This document shows positions 18,215 to 27,154 of a DNA stretch of 33,773 nucleotides, piece by piece. The notes below the pieces were generated by a model. It made no database searches, was not told the DNA's origin, and saw only the letters and a list, made by a program, of their open reading frames with translations. A program made the translations under genes and the position numbers. The DNA is from Salinispira sp. GTDB lineage: Bacteria > Spirochaetota > Spirochaetia > DSM-27196 > Salinispiraceae. Positions within the stretch are counted from its first letter, which is position 1. The number at the start of each line of letters is the position of its first letter. The stretch covers positions 1 to 33,773 of the forward strand of contig CBDDDG010000026.1 of assembly GCA_965226555.1 (NCBI GenBank), read 5' to 3'.

Positions 18215-19262
18215 TTACTGCGATCCGTTCCGCACTGTTCGCATTTCCTCATCGCTCAGCCCGGTAATCCTCTGAACAGCCTCGGTCGACAACCCTTCCA
18301 AAAACATACTGCGGGCCGTTTCTCGAATGCCTTCCTGCCGACCTTTCAGAATGCCCTTCTCCATGCCCTGCTCAAGACCCTCAACACGGCCTTTCAGAAT
18401 GCCTTTCTCCATACCCTGCTCAAGACCTTCAACACGGCCTTTCAGAATGCCTTTCTCCATACCCTTCGCAATGCCTTCCCTGATAAAGGGGTTGGTAATA
18501 TTATATGTCCGCATACTGTTTTCTCCTCCATGGAACAGTTCCCTGTCAATTTTCTCAAACTGTTCATACAGTCCCAGATTCTTCATATATCCCAGCACAC
18601 CCTCGGCCAGGCAATTAAATTCATGTGAAGACAGACCGTTCAGGAGCCGCGCAACCTCTTTCAGCCCCTCAGCATCCATCTCATTATCTCGCATTATATA
18701 CCACAACGCAGTTGATGTATATCGTTTTCCATCAGAGCGCAATGCCAACTGCTTTTTGTCCATTCGCCTCAGATCGCGCACAATGTACGACACTTTCACC
18801 CTGACATCCACCGTGCCTTCGGTCATGGATTCAGAACTTTGCTTTTCATGCGAACTGTAAAATGTGAGTGGGAGGTTCCATTCATTTTTTCCGTGGTAGA
18901 GCAGCAGTATATAGATAGCATCATTTTCATTGTACACATCGCTGTTTCTGAGGGCATATTGATAGTCATCAATCTGAGTGAGAATGTGTTTGTGCTGGTA
19001 GCTTTTATGTTCAATAATAAATAGGGCCTTCCGCTCGGGGTCTGACAGGAAGGGGGCGCTGACAACGAGAGCGCAGTGAAGGTTCTTTTTTCCTGTAATG
19101 TAGCTGGGGGTTTCAATGCGGATTTTGTCTAAATCCAGCTTGGCAAGCGCCGTATCCTCACAGAACAGCCACAGCAGGTCGGGAATCATCAGGGGGGTTT
19201 TTGTAGGCGATCTTGAAGGCTATGTCGTGGATTTGTCCTGTGCTCTGGGATGATTTTTTCAT
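18215..19262 (-). pseudogene. Rpn/YhgA family gene copy 3, frameshifted in a C6 run near the 5' end; internal small ORF 18514..18215 intact
   Basis: AGGAGG RBS, MKKSSQSTGQIHDIAFKIAYKNP then one extra base (G6 at 19192-19197 on + strand); FIIEHKS, LLYHG, GMEKGILKGRVEGLEQ repeats; internal GGAGGAG-N8-ATG. Confidence 0.85.
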
Positions 19263-19728
19263 ACTGTTCCTCCTACATCTATAACGGGTAAAAAGTCATT
19301 TTTAACTGTGTATTTGGAAAGAGTTTTGCAAAATTTGTGAATTTTTTTCGGGGAGTCGGGAATGGGGGGGGCTGGTATGCTCTGTGTTGATATATTTTTT
19401 GCTCATACCATATAGACGGGTAAAATATAAACGGTGAATGATAAAATGAGAAAGTTTTGTAAAAAGTTTTATTACAGAGTTTTGCTACTGGAAATTGTGC
19501 TTGCACAATTTTCCAAGGCAAAACTTTCTACAAAATGAGAGTATGCTAAGCACAAAGACAGCATTCCACATGAGATATTGATCAGCCCGGACGCATGGGC
19601 GAACCGGTTGCTTGGGCGAGCAGCGCGGAGCGCGACCAGCCGTCTTGATCAAAAAATGCAGGCACGGATTTTTCCATGCCTGCCTGAGTTGAATTGCCAT
19701 TTTTCAATAACCGCTACGGGTTGTGAAA

Positions 19729-21555
19729 CTATTGGTTATACCACGTTGGAAAGGCTACATCGCCTGTTTGGCCGCGGCCCACCCTAGATCCCGAAAACAT
19801 TGAGGTATCGGTTCCTGTAAATGTGCTGGGGGTATTCGTGTCCATATCCTTATCTTCGAGCGTTAAATGATCCTTCCACTCCTCAAGATCTTGATTGAAT
19901 GCACTTGCATTAGCGAACATCTGCACCATATCCATTACCGAACTGACATCCCAGAGTGAGATATCGCCATTGAATGCGCTTGCAAGAGCGAACATCTGTG
20001 TCATATTCGTTACCGAGCTAACATCCCAATCCGAAATATCGCTATTGAATACATCTGCGTACTGGAACACTTGGATCATATTCGTAACCGAGCTGACATC
20101 CCAGCGTGAGATATCGCCATTGAATGCCTCTGCATTGAAGAACATACCTTCCATATTCGTAACCGAGCTGACATCCCAGCGTGAGACATCGCCATTGAAT
20201 GCAATTGCTGATATGAAACTATAGGATATATCCGTTACCGATCCGACATCCCAGCCCGAGATATCGCCATTGAATACGGCTGCGTTATTGAATATCTTGT
20301 TCATATTCGTAACCAAGCTGACATCCCAGCCGGAAATATCGCCATTGAATGTGGTGTTACTCTGGAACATCTCAGACATATCCGTTACTGCCGTGGTAAT
20401 AATGTAGTTGAGGTCGGCAGTATTGCCCCAAGTAGCTATCCCCGCATTTACCGCTGTTTTCAGTTCAGCGTTAGTAGGAGGACTCAGGGTAACGTAAAAA
20501 TACTCGGCAAACCGTCGACCATCGCCTCCGGTTGCATTGTTGTCATATATCACATATGTTCCTGCCGTTGTATCTGCGGTAACTGTAAGCGTAATAAGTC
20601 CACTACTCGAATCAACAGTCGGTAGGGTGACCCCATTGGGCGTATCTGTGAGGGTGACCGCCGCAATGTCTCCATTAAGGACAGTGATATTGCTCGCTCC
20701 CACCGTGGTCAAAGAAATGCTGAGCTCGGTGGCAATGGGGTTATCAATATCAGCCGGAAAAATTACGACCGCTGGCGCGCCCGCGGGAAGCTGCGTTGCA
20801 AACGGAAACGGGAACATTGCGGATGCAGACCATTTGCCGCTGCCCTGCGCGTTGACGGCGCGTACCTGTAGTTGGTAGTTGGCGCCGTCTGCCGTAATGC
20901 TGTGGATTGTGTAAGGAGAGTATGATGAGAAGGCAAATTGACAGTCTTCTATCGCCCCCGTGCTACTGTGGCGTGCACAGGCAATGCCGGATCTCATGAT
21001 CGTCCAATCTCCGTCATCTGTGCGATATTGCAACTCATACCCGGTAATGGGGCTGCCGCCGTTATCGGTTGGCGCAGTCCATGTGGCAATGAGCAACCCA
21101 GTGCCCGCTTCAAAGGTTGGGATAGCCGGCGCGGCAGGAACAGTGAGAGTTGCGGTAGGTGTTGCCGTGGCAGACGCCGACCAGCCGCCGGTGCCCTGTG
21201 CGTTGACGGCGCGCACCTGCACAACATAACTGAGACCGTTTGTCAGCTCGGTAATGGTATGGCTTGTGCCGGTAATACCGGAAATAATCTCCGTCCAGCC
21301 TTCGCTGCCGTCTTCCCGATAACGCAGGTGATACTCAGTAATATCGTTGTCCGTGTTGTTCTCCCCCCACCCCCAATTCCATGTAGTAGGATCAACCCAC
21401 GATGCGATGAGCTGTTCGCTCCCTGATTCGAGAGTCGGAGCAGACATGGTTGGCGGCGCAATCGGCATTGGACAGCCAGAAATCAACGCAATAGCTATTG
21501 CGCAGAATGCGAAGAGAGTTACCCCCCCCCCTCTATTATATGACGTAATTTTCAT
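19729..21555 (-). CDS. Surface lipoprotein with two FN3 domains and BspA/DUF285-type repeats
   Basis: GGAGGT RBS, lipobox LISGC, two FN3 units, about six FNGDIS.WDVSSVTNM..MF repeats. Confidence 0.85.
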   Translation of the reverse strand: MKITSYNRGGGVTLFAFCAIAIALISGCPMPIAPPTMSAPTLESGSEQLIASWVDPTTWNWGWGENNTDNDITEYHLRYREDGSEGWTEIISGITGTSHTITELTNGLSYVVQVRAVNAQGTGGWSASATATPTATLTVPAAPAIPTFEAGTGLLIATWTAPTDNGGSPITGYELQYRTDDGDWTIMRSGIACARHSSTGAIEDCQFAFSSYSPYTIHSITADGANYQLQVRAVNAQGSGKWSASAMFPFPFATQLPAGAPAVVIFPADIDNPIATELSISLTTVGASNITVLNGDIAAVTLTDTPNGVTLPTVDSSSGLITLTVTADTTAGTYVIYDNNATGGDGRRFAEYFYVTLSPPTNAELKTAVNAGIATWGNTADLNYIITTAVTDMSEMFQSNTTFNGDISGWDVSLVTNMNKIFNNAAVFNGDISGWDVGSVTDISYSFISAIAFNGDVSRWDVSSVTNMEGMFFNAEAFNGDISRWDVSSVTNMIQVFQYADVFNSDISDWDVSSVTNMTQMFALASAFNGDISLWDVSSVMDMVQMFANASAFNQDLEEWKDHLTLEDKDMDTNTPSTFTGTDTSMFSGSRVGRGQTGDVAFPTWYNQ

Positions 21556-21784
21556 ATATGTTACCTCCAAGGTATTAAAAACTTTTGAATAACTCCATTA
21601 TATCTGCCGGGAGTCTTTTTTCCACGCAGAAAAAATTATTCATCGGTTCTTAAGATTCAGAATACACTATTCTCCACCCTTTGTATACCCAAAACCTAAA
21701 AATCATTCTTTTTTTCATCTTTTTTCATTATTTTCCTCATTTCCGGCAGCAGTACCGCGGGCACAGCTATCCTGCTTGTCCAAG

Positions 21785-21995
21785 AGCGCGCTAAGATTCT
21801 GCCAAGATTGCAGCAACAGCACTTTGAACATCATAACCGGATGATATCCTTTCGCGCCCATCGAATTGTTGTTGATAGCACAGAGCATATCCCCAATTTC
21901 CTTCCAATTGATCAGTTCATACAGGCTATCGAAGCGTTTCAGCGCTTTACTTTCCTGAATACCCTGATTGATCAGCGATCCATGATGTTCTTTCC
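21785..21995 (-). pseudogene. IS5-family transposase N-terminal fragment
   Basis: Minus-strand translation LYELINWKKIGDML...GAKGYHPVMMFKVLLLQSWQNLS fits the IS5 N-terminal (DUF772-type) pattern. Confidence 0.7.
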
Positions 21996-22001
21996 AATTA
22001 T

Positions 22002-22802
22002 CTATCCCGCATAGAGATCATCGATGATCCGCTTTGTTTCAGGATAGGCAAAACTGATGGAATGCATCATATCTTCCTGAAGGCGGGCATCAATAAGAAG
22101 TTTTTTCTTTGCTGCGGAAAGGCTGTATTTAAGGAGCTGTACCGATTTGGGGTTTTTTTCGGCAATGTGCAGGGCAATATCACGCGCTTTGGCAAGAACT
22201 TCAGATCGGGGAATAATATAATTGATATTCGTATTTTTGAGGGCAAGTTCCCTTCCCCGGTAGCGTTTGCCGCTCAGCATCATCTCATTGGCAACATAGG
22301 GACCCACGGCTTCTCTGAGAAGGGTTGTTGTTCCCATGCCCGGAGTAAAGCCCATATTCATAAAAACTGTTCCGTAGCGGGATTCTAATGCAGCTATAAT
22401 GATATCTGAACAAAGCGCAATAACGAATCCTCCCCCCATCGCATGTCCTTCCATGGCAGAAATAATGGGAAAACGACACGCGATGAGGCGTTCGGAAATG
22501 AGCAGATCCCGTACAACCAGCTTACCGCCGGCAAGCTCCATGAGCGATTCCTTATCGGCGCCGCCGGAAAATGTCGAAGTCAATCCTCGAAGAATGAGAA
22601 CCCTCGGCTGTATTTCCTCAACAGCATCAAGAACAGTTAAAAAGGCAGCAACAAAGGCGTGTGAAAATACATTCTCACCCGCCACGTCATGCATATAGAT
22701 GACAGCAATATCGGAATCATCCATAGCGAATGAGACCCTGCCGTATTTTGCGCACAGCTCCTGCGCGGAACGGTTTTCGTATTCTTCGGGAAGAGCTTTC
22801 AT
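22002..22802 (-). CDS. Enoyl-CoA hydratase family, ECH2/PksI-like decarboxylase of a beta-branching cassette
   Basis: NVFS, FSGGAD, AMEGHAMGGG, FMNMGFTPGMG.T, YRGREL, EDMMH..SF. Confidence 0.88.
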   Translation of the reverse strand: MKALPEEYENRSAQELCAKYGRVSFAMDDSDIAVIYMHDVAGENVFSHAFVAAFLTVLDAVEEIQPRVLILRGLTSTFSGGADKESLMELAGGKLVVRDLLISERLIACRFPIISAMEGHAMGGGFVIALCSDIIIAALESRYGTVFMNMGFTPGMGTTTLLREAVGPYVANEMMLSGKRYRGRELALKNTNINYIIPRSEVLAKARDIALHIAEKNPKSVQLLKYSLSAAKKKLLIDARLQEDMMHSISFAYPETKRIIDDLYAG

Positions 22803-23875
22803 AGGATTCCTTTTGCAGCAGCGGCGGGGCTGGGGGTGGCGGGAGACAGCGCAATAGCGCTGGCTGATTTCATCGCCGCGGCGGGGTTGGGCATCGCGGC
22901 GGGGTTGGGGCTGGACAGCGCAGCAGCGCGGCCGGAAAGCGGGCCAACCGGTTTAAAGCGTTGAAACCAGGCAGGGGTCTGCCCTGAGTGAAATGCTTCA
23001 AGCCCTTCCCGTACCCGAGGCTGCCTCATATGTTCCAGCAGCGTTTGTTCGGCTTTTTTTCGGCTTTCGGAAAAATCGGCATTGAGCGTTTCGGCAAAAA
23101 ATGTTTTTGCTGCTTTGAGAGCATGTGGTTCAGCTCTCATCATTGTCCGAAACATTGTGCGGAGGCATTTTTCCAAATCCGATGCAGAATATACCTGATC
23201 TAAAAATCCAAACTGCCGGGCATCTGCGGCATTGATCCGCGCCGCTGAAAGTACAAGATACCGGAAACGTTGAGGCGACATGCGGAAACCCGACATATAC
23301 GGCAATACATTGTAGGGGACAAGTCCGAAGAGCACTTCGGAAAGCTCAACACTTGCCTCTTCCGTCCCAATGACAATATCGCAGGCGGCGGCAAGACCCA
23401 CCCCGCCGGCCTTTACAGGGCCTTCAAGTAAGGCGACAACAGGTTTTGGCGCATTCATAATGGCAGATAAAAGTTCAGAATACAGGGTAACTCCTCGTGA
23501 ACGCTCTGCTTCGTTTTTTTCTCGCGCGGAGGATGGGGGCGACGCAGAGGGAGCGGGCGGGGGCGGAGCTGCGGAGGATGGGGGGGGCGCTGGGGGAGCG
23601 GGCGGCGCAGCGGAGGCCTCAGTTTCAAGGCTCACTTCCAGTCCTTCAAGGTCCATTCCAAGGCAGAAGGACTCTTCACCGGAGCGAATCATGAGGATTT
23701 TCGCTTCTTCATCTTCTATTCCACGGGAAAGGGCAGCTTCCATTTCAGAGAGGCTGAGCGGATTGAGCCGGTTACCCCTCCCATCGGCACAATGGATGAT
23801 GCCGAGCCCTGAATCGCAATGGTAGCGTACTTTTTTGCGCGTATCATGTGCTGGATGAGGCGCTGGATCAGGCAT
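22799..23875 (-). CDS. Enoyl-CoA hydratase family, ECH1/PksH-like dehydratase, with Pro/Ala-rich insert and tail
   Basis: FCLGMD, GPVKAGGVGLAAACDIV, LSEVLFGLVP. Confidence 0.88.
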   Translation of the reverse strand: MPDPAPHPAHDTRKKVRYHCDSGLGIIHCADGRGNRLNPLSLSEMEAALSRGIEDEEAKILMIRSGEESFCLGMDLEGLEVSLETEASAAPPAPPAPPPSSAAPPPPAPSASPPSSAREKNEAERSRGVTLYSELLSAIMNAPKPVVALLEGPVKAGGVGLAAACDIVIGTEEASVELSEVLFGLVPYNVLPYMSGFRMSPQRFRYLVLSAARINAADARQFGFLDQVYSASDLEKCLRTMFRTMMRAEPHALKAAKTFFAETLNADFSESRKKAEQTLLEHMRQPRVREGLEAFHSGQTPAWFQRFKPVGPLSGRAAALSSPNPAAMPNPAAAMKSASAIALSPATPSPAAAAKGIL

Positions 23876-25094
23876 GCTCATATCTTCGATACCAATCTTT
23901 CACTTCCTTCAGCACAAGCAGACCGCTTCCCTCGTAATGGGTTTTGTACCAATTATTCAGAATAGAAAGATCGGGGGTGAAGTTCGGATTTTCGACATAG
24001 GTGTCGCGAAGTTTTTCCACCGATTCATATTCCGCAACAGTACATTTACGGCGCGTGTCGAGTTTCGCGTCAATTTTCATTTTGCCAAGCTCGGCGCGGG
24101 CTCCCGGGAGTATTCGACCTGAATAAAATTCACCAATGGCGCCTGAGCCATAGGCAAAGAGCGCAATATCCTTACCCTCCACATCGGGGGCATGGTTCAC
24201 CAGAGCGGCCAGACAGGTAAGGTTTGATGTGCCATAGGTGGAGCCTACTCGCTTGCTGTATGCCAGCGCGGGAATAACTCGTTTCTCAAAGTCGGCCCGT
24301 AAATCTGCCTTGTTTTTTGGTGAATGCAGGCGGGTGAGTGTTCGGTGCGCTTGGAAGGATATGCCCGGAAAGGGGGTGTGGTACACGAAATAGGAAAAAT
24401 CCTTGTCAAAATCTACCTTACCGCCGACCTGTTCCATATAATGCTCATAGGAACCTTCAGCCGCATCCATGTATGAAAAGAGACTCACTTCGTTATTGCC
24501 GACTTCCGCAAGAGCAGAGGGACGAAAGGTATCATATACATCTGTTGTCCAAGTTCCCTTCCTGTCGAGATAATATTCGATAATTTTGGGAGTATCGGAA
24601 ACCAGAGCTGCTGCCGCGCAGCCGCCCATAACAAACTCCTGAACAGTATTCAGATGCTGCCGTGAGAAATCTGAGGCAATAACCAGAGCTTTTTTTCCCT
24701 TATTCAGACCGGAAGCAATCCAGTTTAAGGCAGTATCAAGAGCTGCAACCCCGCTGTAACAGGCAAATTTTGTTTCATAATTACGGACCTGAGGGTTCAA
24801 GCCCAGGGCGCTATGGACATTGGTCGATATCGGTTTTCCAAAATCAACTGAACCCTCGGTTCCGACAATGAGCATGCCAATGTCATCAATATCTTCCTTA
24901 CTGAGCATGGACATGGCAGCATTGGCAGCCATGGTTACCGTGTCTTCCCATGGCGGATTCAGACTTCGAGATTCAATAAGAAAATCTTTTTTAATCTGTT
25001 CAGGATCCTTTCCCCGAACTCTTGCCAACTCTCCCTGATCTAAAAACATAGACGTACCATATACATTTAGTTTTTCAATACCAATTGATCGCAT
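23868..25094 (-). CDS. HMG-CoA synthase-like enzyme (PksG-type beta-branching HMGS)
   Basis: EDTVTMAANAA, GTEGSVDFGK, ETKFACYSG, DTFRP, SLFSY, YHTPF, YGSG..GEFYS. Confidence 0.92.
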   Translation of the reverse strand: MRSIGIEKLNVYGTSMFLDQGELARVRGKDPEQIKKDFLIESRSLNPPWEDTVTMAANAAMSMLSKEDIDDIGMLIVGTEGSVDFGKPISTNVHSALGLNPQVRNYETKFACYSGVAALDTALNWIASGLNKGKKALVIASDFSRQHLNTVQEFVMGGCAAAALVSDTPKIIEYYLDRKGTWTTDVYDTFRPSALAEVGNNEVSLFSYMDAAEGSYEHYMEQVGGKVDFDKDFSYFVYHTPFPGISFQAHRTLTRLHSPKNKADLRADFEKRVIPALAYSKRVGSTYGTSNLTCLAALVNHAPDVEGKDIALFAYGSGAIGEFYSGRILPGARAELGKMKIDAKLDTRRKCTVAEYESVEKLRDTYVENPNFTPDLSILNNWYKTHYEGSGLLVLKEVKDWYRRYEHA

Positions 25095-25108
25095 AAAAAT
25101 TCCTCCAT

Positions 25109-25852
25109 TCATGGCGCATAGGTAAAGGCGCCTGATATCCGTATATTTTCTCCCGATATAAATCCTGCCTCATCCGAACACAAAAAATATACTGCCGCAG
25201 CTATTTCCTCGCCTGTCCCGACCCTCTTTGCGGGGCAGTGTTCAAGCCAGTATTTGCTCAGATATTCATTCATGTGTTCGTTTGTCATGGATGTCGGCAC
25301 GAAACCAACGGTAACAATGTTTGAGGTAATGCCCTTCTTGCCGTACTCCTTTGCAAGAGTCATACTCAAACCCTGAAGCCCCGATTTTGCAGTCGCATAA
25401 TTTATCTGACCGCTGCTGCCCTCAGCAGAAAGGCTCGACATGTGAATGAACGATCCCTTTTTCTGGCTCAGAAAATGAAACAGAAAGGCCCGTGAAACCA
25501 GAAAGGGCGCGGTAAGATTCACCGACAGAACTTCATTCCAGTCCTCATTACTCATGAGCGCCGCCACATTATCTCTGACAGTCGCGGCATTATTCACAAC
25601 CGCCCGCACATCGGGAAAGTCGGCAATAACCTGATCACACACTGTTTCAATATCCTTTTCTTCTTTCATATCAAGCTGATATGAACCGACTTTTATATCT
25701 GAGTCGATTTCTGCCGCCATTTTCAGTGTTTCGTCTGCCGCCGCTTTATTCGATGCATAGGTAAATGCCGCATTCCACCCTTCCTTTACAAAGCGGAGTA
25801 CAATAAAACGGCCAAGGCCGCGGGAACCGCCGGTAACAAAAATAGTGCTCAT
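25109..25852 (-). CDS. 3-oxoacyl-ACP reductase (FabG-like SDR)
   Basis: TGGSRGLG, VNNAA..RD, GQINYATAK, ISGENIRISG. Confidence 0.88.
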   Translation of the reverse strand: MSTIFVTGGSRGLGRFIVLRFVKEGWNAAFTYASNKAAADETLKMAAEIDSDIKVGSYQLDMKEEKDIETVCDQVIADFPDVRAVVNNAATVRDNVAALMSNEDWNEVLSVNLTAPFLVSRAFLFHFLSQKKGSFIHMSSLSAEGSSGQINYATAKSGLQGLSMTLAKEYGKKGITSNIVTVGFVPTSMTNEHMNEYLSKYWLEHCPAKRVGTGEEIAAAVYFLCSDEAGFISGENIRISGAFTYAP

Positions 25853-27135
25853 ACTCCATCCCACTTTTTAATGAGGCTGCAGCAATTAAGGCCGCCGAAA
25901 CCAAATGAATTTTTAAGCATATGCGTTACGTTCCAATTGACAGGCCCGTCCGCGCATACATCGAAATCAATTTCAGGATCCTTTTCTTCTACGTTTATTG
26001 TTGGATGTAAACGATTGTTATTCATCTGCATGATTCCGCCAATAGTTTCAACAAGGGGGCTGGCCCAGCAGGTATGTCCAAGCATCGACTTCGGCGCATT
26101 AATTTTCATGTTCTTTGAATGTTCACCAAAGACCGATTTCAACGCTGCCACTTCCTGTCTGTCGCCCGCCGGAGTTCCTGTCGCGTGGCAATTAACATAT
26201 TCAACCTGCTCGGGGCGGACACCCGCGTCATCGAGGACTTTCTGCATAACCCAGGCCTGATATTCGGCTCCGGGCATTGGGAGATGGTTCGCATTGGCAT
26301 TTGCGCGGACTGCAAGAATTTCTCCGTAAATTTTTGCCCCTCTCGCAACAGCCGATTCAAGGGTTTCAACAATCAGAGTTGCCGATCCATGACTGTACAC
26401 AAATCCGTTTCTTTTCATGTCGAAGGGACGGCTGGCCTTCTCAGGTGTTTTGTTAAGTTCCGGGTCCATGACAACGGAATTAATAATAACAGAAGCTTGA
26501 ATATCCGGTTCAGCGACATCGAATAGAGCGCCGGTAACAACTGCCCTTTCAACTTCGCCTATGCGTATGTCGCGAACAGCGTCCCGCAGAGCCAGATTCC
26601 CACTCGCGCAGGCGCCGCCAATGGTATAACAGGGGCCATGCACCTGCAGAACCTCAGAAATGAGCGCTGGTATGTTATTATCAATGGCTTCAACAGAACA
26701 GAGCGGATCCATATATTCCGGTTCTTCTTCAAACTGCCTTCCAAGGGCGTGAATGTAGCGGGAATTCAGATTATGACCGGCAACTACGACCATAGTCATG
26801 TAGGGATCAATGCTCTCCTTTTCCAGTCCGGCATTGAGCCAAGCATTTTGGGCGGTAAGCACCGACATTCGCGCTGAGAATGTCGCATACTTGAATAAGC
26901 GCCGGACGCGCTTAAATTTTTCCAGACCGATGTGATCCTTAATACGCTCAAGCGCCGCTTTTGTATCATAATCTCCGAGATCACCGCCAATTTTGTTTTC
27001 ACATTGGGAAAGGTCAAGCGATTTCCATTCTTTTACACCTGACTTACCCGCAAGGAGGTTCTGAAAATACTCCTCAACCGTATCTCCCAGAGGATTGATG
27101 GTGGCCATGCCGGTAATTACAACTCGTGTATTCAT
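25849..27135 (-). CDS. Standalone ketosynthase (PksF/FabF-like) retaining the catalytic Cys
   Basis: RVVITG, TIGGACASGN, ASRPFD..RNGFV, NCHATGT, KSMLGH, NSFGFGG. Confidence 0.9.
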   Translation of the reverse strand: MNTRVVITGMATINPLGDTVEEYFQNLLAGKSGVKEWKSLDLSQCENKIGGDLGDYDTKAALERIKDHIGLEKFKRVRRLFKYATFSARMSVLTAQNAWLNAGLEKESIDPYMTMVVVAGHNLNSRYIHALGRQFEEEPEYMDPLCSVEAIDNNIPALISEVLQVHGPCYTIGGACASGNLALRDAVRDIRIGEVERAVVTGALFDVAEPDIQASVIINSVVMDPELNKTPEKASRPFDMKRNGFVYSHGSATLIVETLESAVARGAKIYGEILAVRANANANHLPMPGAEYQAWVMQKVLDDAGVRPEQVEYVNCHATGTPAGDRQEVAALKSVFGEHSKNMKINAPKSMLGHTCWASPLVETIGGIMQMNNNRLHPTINVEEKDPEIDFDVCADGPVNWNVTHMLKNSFGFGGLNCCSLIKKWDGV

Positions 27136-27154
27136 AGTAACTCCAATATATACA

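Noticed and set aside
2850..19262. Diversity-generating retroelement or retron behind rpn tail variation
   Set aside because: No reverse transcriptase is in the window and no adenine-specific template/variable repeat pair was seen.
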